From positions 32,001 to 96,000 of the IMG/VR virus record IMGVR_UViG_3300045988_122718: a stretch of DNA of 64,000 nucleotides; one strand, written 5' to 3'. The stretch is from a virus. Positions 31,643-41,676 of this stretch are shown here, one piece after another. The notes under the pieces were generated by a model, which was not told the DNA's origin, made no database searches, and was given only the letters and a program-made list of their open reading frames with translations. Position numbers and translations under genes: made by a program. How positions within the stretch are numbered: the first letter of the stretch is position 1; every line of letters begins with the position of its first letter.

Positions 31643-32862
31643 CGATTATAAAATCAGCCCCTTTATGTGGTAACACATAAATGAAAAGTTGGCTTTTATC
31701 GGGAAATCCCCAGAGATGGGCAATTCCGAGGACAAGACTAAATATTTAAATTATATTTTACAATACAAAATTAATGAAAGGAGGAATATTAATTGACTAA
31801 TGAAGAAATAATTGAGAAACAATTTGGACGATGGAGTGTATTAGATGTTGTTCCAAAATATAAAAACAATAAAACATATTGTAAATGTCAATGTTCATGT
31901 GATAAACATACAATAAAATTTGTTTATAAAAACTCATTATTAAAAGGCGAATCTCAATCGTGTGGATGTTTAAGCAAAGAACTAGCACAGAAGCGCTATA
32001 GGTCTAATATAGTTGGCGATAGGTTTGGAAATCTTGTTGTTAAAGAAATGTTATATAACTATAGGAATGGAAAAACATATTGTTTATGCGATTGTGATTG
32101 TGGCAAAGAACATATTTGTTCCTTATCTAATTTATCTACTGGTCATACGACTTCATGTGGTTGCATGAAATCTGAAAAAAATTGGAATGGTAGACGTACA
32201 AATTTAGTGGGGAATAGATTTGGTATGTTAGTTGTTGATGAGATGTTGTATGGATATATAAACAAGCAAACATGTTGTAAATGTACTTGTGATTGTGGGA
32301 ATACATCAATTGTATATATGAGTAATTTGTTGCAAGGCTTTACTCATTCATGCGGATGTAGCGAACATAATTCTGTTGGAGAGCAATTAATTAAAAGTAT
32401 ATTGGATAAAAATGAAATTAAATATATTTATAATTATAGGTTTGATGATTGTAGAAATGTTCTTCCACTTCCATTTGACTTTTATCTTCATGAATATAAT
32501 ACTTGTATAGAATATGATGGTATTCAACATTTTGAGCCAATTGAATATTTTGGTGGAGAATATGCACTTCAACAACGACAAATGAATGATAATATTAAAA
32601 CACAGTATTGTATTGATAATGATATCAAATTAATACGATTGCCATATACATTGTCAGAAGATGAAATAATAAATATAATTTTAAATATTTGGAATCCGTA
32701 ACGAGTAAGTGTTTTATATGGTGACATATAATTCCACGCCAACCACCCTATTATATAGGGTGATGATGTACTCTGTTCTGCACATATAATCTAAAAATGA
32801 AAGTGCAGAGGCAAGGAGAAATCACTTGCCCCTTTTACTTTATGTAAAAGAGTAACAAATAG
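31643..32862 (+). mobile_element. putative group I intron (1220 nt) interrupting the tape measure gene
   Basis: - Splice sites: the exon ends in U and the intron ends in G32862.
- P1-like pairing: GGGU (31639-42) with GCCC (31656-59).
- P2-like: 8-bp hairpin with a GUAA loop (31662-31681).
- P3-like: long-range pairing GUUGGC (31688-93) with GCCAAC (32738-43).
- P4/P5-like: CGGGA (31700-04) pairs with UUCCG (31724-28) around a GAGA-capped hairpin (31709-20).
- 3' hairpins at 32744-62, 32810-30 and 32832-50.
- Joining restores ...ARLG-Y-SIEEAGELAKSTAVLLNV in frame.
- P7 could not be assigned by eye. Confidence 0.62.
31793..32701 (+). CDS. intron-encoded homing endonuclease candidate: three zinc-ribbon repeats plus a PD-(D/E)XK (Vsr/DUF559-like) nuclease domain
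   Basis: AAAGGAGGA lies 7 nt upstream of TTG at 31793. There are three about 50-aa repeats (G.RFG.L.V.......K..C.C.CDCG.......S.L..G...SCGC). The C-terminus has LPFDFYL...CIEYDGIQHF...DNIKTQYC...IKLIRLPY, typical of Vsr-like endonucleases. Confidence 0.65.
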   Translation: MTNEEIIEKQFGRWSVLDVVPKYKNNKTYCKCQCSCDKHTIKFVYKNSLLKGESQSCGCLSKELAQKRYRSNIVGDRFGNLVVKEMLYNYRNGKTYCLCDCDCGKEHICSLSNLSTGHTTSCGCMKSEKNWNGRRTNLVGNRFGMLVVDEMLYGYINKQTCCKCTCDCGNTSIVYMSNLLQGFTHSCGCSEHNSVGEQLIKSILDKNEIKYIYNYRFDDCRNVLPLPFDFYLHEYNTCIEYDGIQHFEPIEYFGGEYALQQRQMNDNIKTQYCIDNDIKLIRLPYTLSEDEIINIILNIWNP

Positions 32863-35800
32863 ATAGTATTGAAGAGGCCGGTGAACTCGCTAAGAGTACA
32901 GCGGTCTTGCTGAATGTTTCAGAATTCGAGAGTGCTGATGAAGCGTCAGAAGCGTTAATCAGTACCATGCAAGCTTATGGATACGCTGCAGAAGATAGTA
33001 TGCATGTTGTTGATATACTTAACGAAATAGGAAACAATTTTGCGATTTCTAGTGACGGATTGGCAACAGCTCTACAAGATTCAGCAAGTTCCTTAATGGC
33101 TGCGGGGAATTCGTTAGAACAAAGTGTAGCAATGGTAGCAGCTGCCAACAAAGTGCTTCAGGATCCTAATTCCGTAGGAAGTGCGTTGCGTACAATTTCG
33201 CTAAGAATTAGAGGAACTAGCGTAAAAGTTTTAGAAGAAATGGGTGAGGAAACTGATGGCGTTATCGAGAGCGTCAGTAAACTCCAAGCCAAAGTCAAAG
33301 GTCTAAGTGGAGTCGATATCCTAACCGACACTGGTGCTTATAAAGATACATACACAATTATCAAAGAAATTGGTCAAGTATGGGAGCAAATGAACGACAT
33401 TGACCGTGCTGCGTTACTTGAGTTGTTAGCAGGTAAGAATCGTTCGAATGCAATGGCAGCCCTACTAACTAACATGGAAGACCTTGAGGGTGCATACGAA
33501 AGTGCAATGGAAGCACAAGGTTCAGCAGAGGCCGAGAACAAAAAGTACATGAATAGTATTCAAGGTAGAATTGATCAATTTACTAATGCTTTGCAAACTA
33601 TGTGGAAAAATGCAATTGATTCTAATTTTGTAAAGTTTATTGTTAGTGTAGGTACTGGATTAGTAAAAGTTGTTAATTGGCTCGGAATGATACCAACCAT
33701 ACTTGGCACAATAGCCGGAGCTATGTCTGCAATTAAAGGACAGAATCTTTTTGTTAACTTAACTGGAAATGGAAAGTCTGGGATTATAACTGAGTTAATT
33801 CAAAAGGTTAAAGAAGGCATACCCGCTATAAGAGAATTTAATTCAATTCAAGGCGTAGATAATCAAGCCAAATTTTTAAATAGTTTAAAAGAAACTAATC
33901 CCGAACTTTCAAATTATATTACAAAGGTTATGTCGGCCTCTGCTGTAACAACCGAAAATGGAGTTGCTACAAATATAGCAAGTGTATCTCAAAAGAGATA
34001 TATAGGAAGTTTAGTTGCAGCGAAAGTGGCTTCAATAGGGTTAAAGGTTGCAACAGTTGCACTAAATGCCGCACTAACAATTGGCATTAGTTTATTGATT
34101 TCTGGAGCTATATCCGCTATATCTAAAGTAATCAATGGTGTTAAAGAGGCAAAAGAAGAAACAAAGAGGTTGACAGAAGAATTGAAGCAGCAACAAGCCG
34201 AAATAAAATCTAATATTTCTTCGTTGGAGTCATTAAAAGATGAATTTGATAAATTATCAAAGGGTGTAGACGAGTATGGCAATAATATTTCTTTGTCAAC
34301 AGAAGAATATGCAAAGTATAAATCAATAGTTGAGCAAATATTTGGGTATACTCCTACTTTAATTAGTGGATATGATAAAGAAGGAAATGCTATTGCTAAT
34401 AAAAATAGCCTCATTGAAAAATCTATAGAGCTACTAAAGGAAGAAAGAAAACAAAAGCTTTTAGAACTTGTTACAGATGATAAGCTTAAGGTGGCGTATG
34501 ACTCAGCAAAGGAAAATCATGATAAGGCAAAAAAAAAGCTTAAAAATGTAAATGTCCCATCTACATTAGCATATAGCGGTGTTAAGATTGATGATAATGG
34601 CAAAGAACATAGTGGATATGTAAATCAAATTGATAAGTATATTGAAGATGTAATTGGCGTAGAAAAAAGTGTGTGGGAGTCTCTTACTGAATATATAGCT
34701 AGAAATTCTGATGCCGTAAGAAAGAATATAGGGAAGATTATTGAGCGCTCTGGCCAAACAAAAGATGGATGGAAGGGTTTGAACGATAAACAACAAGCAG
34801 AACTTTTAAACTATTTGAACAATGTTTTATCTGGTGTGAGAGAAACAGATGCTGCGTGGGATAGTTTTATTCAGACATTGCAGCTTGTTCCACAAATATC
34901 TACTTATTATGATAAATTATCAGATTCACAGAAGAGCTTCATATCATCCTATATTAATGGGCTTGGTGATTTGAGTAATAAAACAGAAGCAGAAATTAAT
35001 AATATAAAAACCAGTATTTTATCTTTAACAAATGCAATCGGAAGTGACAAAGAGGCACAGTCTTTAATTGACCAATTATTTTCTATTGATTCAAATCTTT
35101 CTGCAAAAGAATATTCTGACAAAATATCTGAAATTTTTAATAAGCTTGTTGAAAAAGGAATAATTTCAAACGACAACAAACAAAAGTTTATAGAACAACT
35201 GTTCCCAGATTTGAAAGATATCGAAACTATGCAAGAAGATGTCAAAAAGAAAATAAAAGATGATCAACAAGATTTAGTAAATAGCTTAAATGTTCAAGAT
35301 TTAAAAATTGCATATTCAATAGATGCCAGTGATCTTTCATTTGATGAATTAAAGAAAAAAATTCAAGAAGTAAAAGTTGCTACTATTGGCGATTTTGATA
35401 TTTCTAACTATTCTGATTCAATTTCGAGTCTAAGTGAAAATATTGGTGTTCTCCAAGCCGCCCTTGAAAAATTGAATAGTGGCTCGTTTACTATGGACGA
35501 TTATGTCAAACTAATTAAGGACTTCCCAAAACTTGCAAAAGGTGTTGATGTTAGTTCTAAGAGTTTCAAGGGGTTAACTTCTAATCTAGTAAGAGCAATA
35601 AAGGCATCCCCAAAGAGCATGGTTAAGGACTTAAAAGCGTTAAAGTTACAATTAATGCAAACTGGTAGGTCTACTTCTGATATTGACCAGCTTATTTATT
35701 CCTTGGAACATATGCCAGAAAATGCTCTTGATAGTATGATTACCAAATATGCTACACTTGCAGATAATATAACTGAAGCTACTGAGGCTCAAAATGAACT

Positions 35801-38800
35801 AAAAGCCGCTATGGAAGAAAATCCAAATGAGGGATTTGAAACACGTGGCGAAGCTATGGATTATATGAAAGAGGCTATGAGTCGTGGAGAAATTGGTAGT
35901 GAATCTAACCTTTGGAATGTCGCAGAAAAATATGGATTTACTTTTGATTCTGCAAAATCAATAAATGAAAATGCTGATGCATTAGCTAAGTTCATTGCAA
36001 CACGTGAAAAGTGGTTTAAGCAGGATGATGATGGTAATTATACATATGAAGGAACAGAGGACTTCATCAAAAAAGTAGATGCGGCTGTTGCTTCTATGCC
36101 AGAGCTTCAAGAACTTATGAAGTGGGATTATAACGAAAGTACTGGGGTTCTTGATTTTGACTTTAAGAATAAAGATTGGGATCAAATTGTTAAGTATTTA
36201 AGTACATGTGAAGGCTTAATCGGATTGACATCTGATGAATGGGCGGACATGCTAGTTCAGGTCGGTCAGTATTTTAATATTGATTGGTCAAATTATAATG
36301 ATGAATTAGAATACTTAAAGAAAATAACAACTGAAGATATGGATAATAAGACCAAAGTAGAAAAATATGGTTCTGCTATGCAGGAATATTTTGGCAAGGA
36401 TTCTTCTATAGACTTGGCTAATCGCCCAATGATTAGCAGTTCAAAGATGAATACAAAGGGATGGGATATAGAAGACGGTAGTTATGCAACTGTACTTTCT
36501 AGTGCTTATTCTAATGAAGGGGGAACTGTTGCCATAACTGTAACACCAATTCTTCCAGATGGAGAAGTTTTAACAGAGGATGAACTAACAAAATATGCTA
36601 CAGAAATTGTAAACGGCGCAGACCCAGTAACATATGAATTCGAAGTCAATGGTAAGACTTATACTGGAGAAGACATTATTCTAGCAAAGCATAATGGTAA
36701 GAACCCAATAGAGGAAGCAAAAGAATATGGTAAAGCACTGCATGAAGCACAAGAAGAATATGATAAACTAAGAGACACTCTCAACATCAACACTACAATT
36801 GACGAAAAGGGTATTAATGGTCTATCTGAAATTAAAGAAATTCAAGGTGCAATCCAGAAGAATGCAGATGGTACTACTATAATTGACGAGCAGGCATTCA
36901 GAAAAGCACTAACGAGTGCCGAATACACAGAAGATCAAATTGATTTAATTATTGATAAAATTAAATACTTAAATAAAGAAGCTTTTGCTTCTGACACATT
37001 TAATATTGGCAAGATACTTGACAAAGAAACTGGCTCTGGAATTGATGGATTGTTAGAAATTAAGGAACTACAAGACGCAATTGAAAAAGATGCAAATACC
37101 GGGTTTACAGTTATTGATACGGACATGTTTACTTCTGTTCTTTCTGAGGCTGGATATACAAAAGCTCAAATTGATGAACTTATCCAAAAAATTCAAGAAT
37201 ATGAAAATGTTGTTTCTGTGGCTGGGAATACAGATCCACTTGGACTTAGTGGTGCAAATTTAAGTATTGATACATTAAAAGCATCTCTTAGTACTTTAGG
37301 TGTGTTTTTTGAAGACACTCTTGGTGACTGGTTTGATGGAAAAAGAGATCTTGTAATTAATGTTCCAAATTTAGTTTCTACACTTAAAGAAAAGGGTTGG
37401 TCTGAAGAAGCAATAAGAAGTTATTGTGAACAGCTATCTAAAGCCAACATTGAAGGATTCAATATTAAAGTCAATTCTCAAGAAATAGATGAAGCATTGG
37501 CAAAATCAGATGATGTTCCTGAAGAAAAAACGACAAACTATGAAGTAACCGGAAATGGTGCTACTACTCTTGATGGAATAGAAGATACATGGTCAAATGT
37601 TACAAAGGATAAAACAACGAATTATACCATTAATGAGACAACGGTAAAGAAAACTGTAGATGATAGTCCTAAGTGGTATAAACCATGGACCTGGTTTGCA
37701 GATGGAACTGCAAATGCTCAAGGGAATTGGGGTGCAGAACGAACAGAAACATCTCTTGTTGGTGAGTTAGGCCCAGAACTTCGTGTACGTGGAAGTCGTT
37801 GGGAAATGCTCGGTGAAAACGGGGCAGAATTTACTGATGTTAAAAAGGGCGATATTATATTCAACCATAAACAAACAGAAGAATTGTTGAAGAATGGGCA
37901 TATTACTGGTCGTGGTAAAGCGTATGCCAATGGAACAGCTTATGCTGCTGGTGACGGCACTTTTTCTAGATATAATTTTAGTGGCAATGGTGGATATACG
38001 AAGTACGATGTAAATAATAGCATAGTTGATTCGTTTGGTAATGCTGCTAGTTCAGTATCTGACGCTGCCGATGATATTTCTGATGCCGCTGATAAATTCG
38101 AAGAAGTATTCGACTGGTTTGAAGTTCTTCTAGAAGAAATCGAAGACAATATCAGCTTAATGAATGCCAAGCTAGAAAATGCAGTTGGTATAAGTGCAAA
38201 GAAAGGTATTTATTCTGAAATTCTAAATACAGAACAATTCAAGTTACAAGAATTATATGAGGGTGTCAAACTATATTCCGATTATGCCAATAAGCTTCTT
38301 GCTAAAGTTCCAGACCAGTATAAAGAAATGGCTAAAAATGGCGCGGTCGCTATCACAGACTTCCTTGGTGAAGCAAACGAAGAAGTTGTAGACTCAATTA
38401 ACAACTATCGTGAGTGGGCAAAGAAGGTATCCGACCTTAATCAGCAATTAGAAGAAACAAAGAAGACTATTGCCGATACTCATGTAGAAATACAGAATAT
38501 GCTTAAAGATGAATATGATAATCGTATATCTTTAATTACTTCTGTAAACGACCGTATACAAGATACAATAGACTTACTCGATGAAGAAGGCAAACGTTCT
38601 TCTGCTGTAATGTATGAAGAAATGATAAAAAATAGTACAAAACAATTATCAGAACTTCAAAGCAAACGTGCAGAAATGCAGAGAGCATTAGACGAAGCCG
38701 TGAGAAGCGGAGACGTAGCTAGAGAAAGCTCACAATGGTACGAGATGGTCAATGCAATCAATGATGTCGATAGTGAAATTAATGATTGTAGAATTGACCT

Positions 38801-40490
38801 TGAAAGTTTCCAAAACTCTATCAACCAGCTTCATTGGGATAACTTTGAAAAGTTCATTGATGCCATTGACAATGTTGGCAACGAAATTTCCAATCTAGGA
38901 GACCTAATCGACGAAGAAGACATTGTTGATGAAGTCGGTAATTGGACAGATAAAGGTATCACTGCACTTGGTTTGTATGCTCAAGAGATGGAACGTGCCA
39001 AATACAGAGCAGAACAGTATGGCAAAGAGATTGAGTATCTAAACCAAGAATATGCCGCTGGAAAGTATAGCGAAGATGAATATCTTGAGAAACTACAAGA
39101 ATTACGAGACGGCCAATGGGATAGCATTAAATCTTATGAGGCTGCAAAAAAGGCTATTGTTGATTTAAATAAAACTCGTATTGAGGCTATAAAAAATGGT
39201 ATTCAGAAAGAAATAGACGCTTATTCGGAACTTATTGACAAGAAGAAGGAAGAACTTAGCTTACAGAAAGAGTCACATGACTTCCAGAAGCAAGTAGCTG
39301 AACAGCAAAAAAATATTGCAAATATTCAAAAACAATTGGCTGCAATGGCCGGAGATAATTCTGCGTCTGCAATTGCTAGGAAAAAACAATTAGAAGCAGA
39401 ACTTGCCGCAGCACAAGAAGAACTCGATGAACTATATTATAATCATAGTGTTGAGAAGCAGCAAGAAGCACTTGATAAATCCTTAGAGAATTATCAGGAC
39501 AATAAGCAAGACGAAATGGACGCTCTTGACGAGTCTCTCAAGAACGAAGAACAAATCATTGCCGATAGTTATGCCACTATTACGGCAAATACGGAATCTG
39601 TAGCACAAACATTATCTGATATAGCAAGTCAGTATGGGATTACCCTATCTGATTCTGTTATGCAGCCTTGGCTAGATGGTGCTAACGCCATTGGTACTTA
39701 TCAAGAGCAGTTAGACACCTCTATGAGTTCTTTCACTCAGCAACTAGAGGCTCTTAAGCAGATGTATGCCGACTTACAAAATCAGGCTGATAGTGCTGGT
39801 AAGAGTATGGTTGATGCGATAAATGGTAGCAAGTCTAAAACAGAAGGTGCAACATATACGCCACCAATTCCATCACAACCAAGTACCCCATCAAAGCCAT
39901 CAAAACCATCTGCTCCATCTACTGGTTCGTCCGTTACAGTGAAAAAATCTGCAACACGCTTTTCAAGAGATGGTGGTAATGGTACTAGAATGCAGTCATG
40001 GGTCCCTGGTTCAACATTTACTGTTTATCAGGTTAGTGGTTCAGAAGTTCTAATTGGAAGAAATGGTCAATATACTGGATGGGTGCGTCTATCTGATATT
40101 GAAGGATATGCAAAGGGTACTAAAGAAATTCAAAATAACCAATTAGCAATGCTAGACGAACTTGGAGACGAGTTGGTTTTACATGCCGGTAAGAATGGCA
40201 GGTTAGAATATCTAACTAAGGGTACATCTGTTGTTCCAGCAGATATTACAAGCAACTTAATGAAGCTTGGCTCCTTAGACCCGAAGGATATTCTTGAAAG
40301 AAATAGACCTTCTATTGGTGCTCCACATGTTATTGATAATAGTATAGAGTTAAAAATGGAATTTGGCAGTCTTGTACATGTTGATACTGTTTCAAACGAT
40401 ACATTGCCATACTTGCAAAAGATGGTCAGAAATGAGTTTGATAATTGCATGAAACACGTAAATCAAGGGCTAAAGAAATTTGTTCGTTAA
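32863..40490 (+). CDS. tail tape measure protein, exon 2 (TMP core, TM segments, coiled coils, SH3b-like domain)
   Basis: The frame is open from 32856. It contains the canonical TP901-type core (LLNVSEFESADEASEALISTMQAYGYAAEDSMHVVDILNEIGNNFAISSDGLATALQDSASSL...ALRTISLRIRG) and hydrophobic segments. Conserved GELGPELRVRG...G and DELGDELVLHAG motifs are present. A Pro/Ser linker precedes an SH3b-like VTVKKSATRFSRDGG...GWVRLSDIEGY. Confidence 0.8.
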
Positions 40491-40497
40491 ATGATAT

Positions 40498-40528
40498 GGA
40501 GGGGTGCTTCGGCACCTCTCCTTTAATT
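40498..40528 (+). terminator. hairpin after the TMP gene (weak terminator or attenuator)
   Basis: GGAGGGGTGC, loop TTCG, GCACCTCTCC (one G-U pair), followed only by TTTAATT. Confidence 0.4.
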
Positions 40529-40558
40529 ACATAAAGTAGTTATAGGAGGTGTGGTCTG

Positions 40559-41662
40559 TTGATTTATCACCCTAAAATTAGATTTAGAGAAAGAAGTAAT
40601 TACGATGAAAGACTCGTGGTTTCTACATTTGAACCAGATTCTGGAGAGACCGATTCATATTTAACTATGGAACCAGTTTATACAGATAACTATGATGGTG
40701 CGATTCGTACAGATTATGGAGCCAAGTATAGCGATGTTGCAAGACCATCTGTTACTCTTATAGATGTTGATGGAGAGGATATCATACCATCTAAAGTTAG
40801 GTCGGTTTTGAGATGGCTTACTGGTTCAAGACAAAATTCCTGGATGGATGTTTATAATGTAGATGATGAGATTGTTTGTTCTTATCTTGGCAGATTTACA
40901 GATGTTAAGTTACAAAAAATGGATTCAAGGGTTATTGGTATCAGAGCTGAATTTACCTCTGTTAGTCCTTGGGCTTATTCAGAAGTGAAAGAAGTAGAAA
41001 TGGAGATAGATGGGAAAACGGATTTCAGTATAGATAATGATAGTGATGATTTATATTCTTGTGTTTATCCGCAAATGACATTTACGAACAATCAAAATGG
41101 AGCAGGACTTTCTGTTAAGAATAATACGATTGGAGAAGAAACGAAGTTTAGTGGTCTTCAGCAAGAAGAAATTGTGACGATAGATAACAATTTTGTTGTA
41201 TATTCCGATAATAAATCACGAATTTTCAACAATGATTTCAATTTCATATTTCCTGCGCTATCTTCTGGAACAAACAGTTTTGAAGCAAATGGAAATGGTA
41301 CTTTGATAATGAGGTTTCGTTATCCTATGAAAGTATCAGATGGCTTATTGGATGAATATGAAACAAGGAATAGGGTCGTTGTTTATGTCAAAGAGAAAAC
41401 TGTCAAAATTAAGGGAGACACAAGTAAGAATCCACCAAGTGGTGTAAATATTAAAGTTGATGGTACGACTATGTTTATAAGAGGAGAACTAAAAGGCGTG
41501 AGTAAGGTTTCAAGTGAAAACTCCGTATTCAGCGAGAGTAATGGTACATTGACAATTGATGATAGCAACAATGTATGCCCGTTCGATGAGTTTAATGCAG
41601 AAGTAAGAAACGGAATATTGATTATAAAAAAAGATTTTAAAGATGCAGAGATTAAAGAATAG
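40559..41662 (+). CDS. distal tail protein (Dit, Sipho_tail-like), TTG start
   Basis: AGGAGGTG lies 6 nt upstream of TTG at 40559. The gene is directly after the TMP gene. LRWLTGSRQNSWMDVY...RAEFTSVSPWAYS matches the siphovirus Dit pattern. Confidence 0.7.
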   Translation: MIYHPKIRFRERSNYDERLVVSTFEPDSGETDSYLTMEPVYTDNYDGAIRTDYGAKYSDVARPSVTLIDVDGEDIIPSKVRSVLRWLTGSRQNSWMDVYNVDDEIVCSYLGRFTDVKLQKMDSRVIGIRAEFTSVSPWAYSEVKEVEMEIDGKTDFSIDNDSDDLYSCVYPQMTFTNNQNGAGLSVKNNTIGEETKFSGLQQEEIVTIDNNFVVYSDNKSRIFNNDFNFIFPALSSGTNSFEANGNGTLIMRFRYPMKVSDGLLDEYETRNRVVVYVKEKTVKIKGDTSKNPPSGVNIKVDGTTMFIRGELKGVSKVSSENSVFSESNGTLTIDDSNNVCPFDEFNAEVRNGILIIKKDFKDAEIKE

Positions 41663-41676
41663 GGAGGTGGCATAAA

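Noticed and set aside
22507-40490. Numerous 60-140-aa minus-strand and alternative-frame ORFs inside the tape measure gene (for example 26391..26789, 28275..28640, 33989..34414, 23279..23587).
   Set aside because: They lie entirely inside a long, well-supported coding frame. They have low-complexity S/F/L/I-rich translations typical of the antisense of K/E-rich codons, and they have no RBS.
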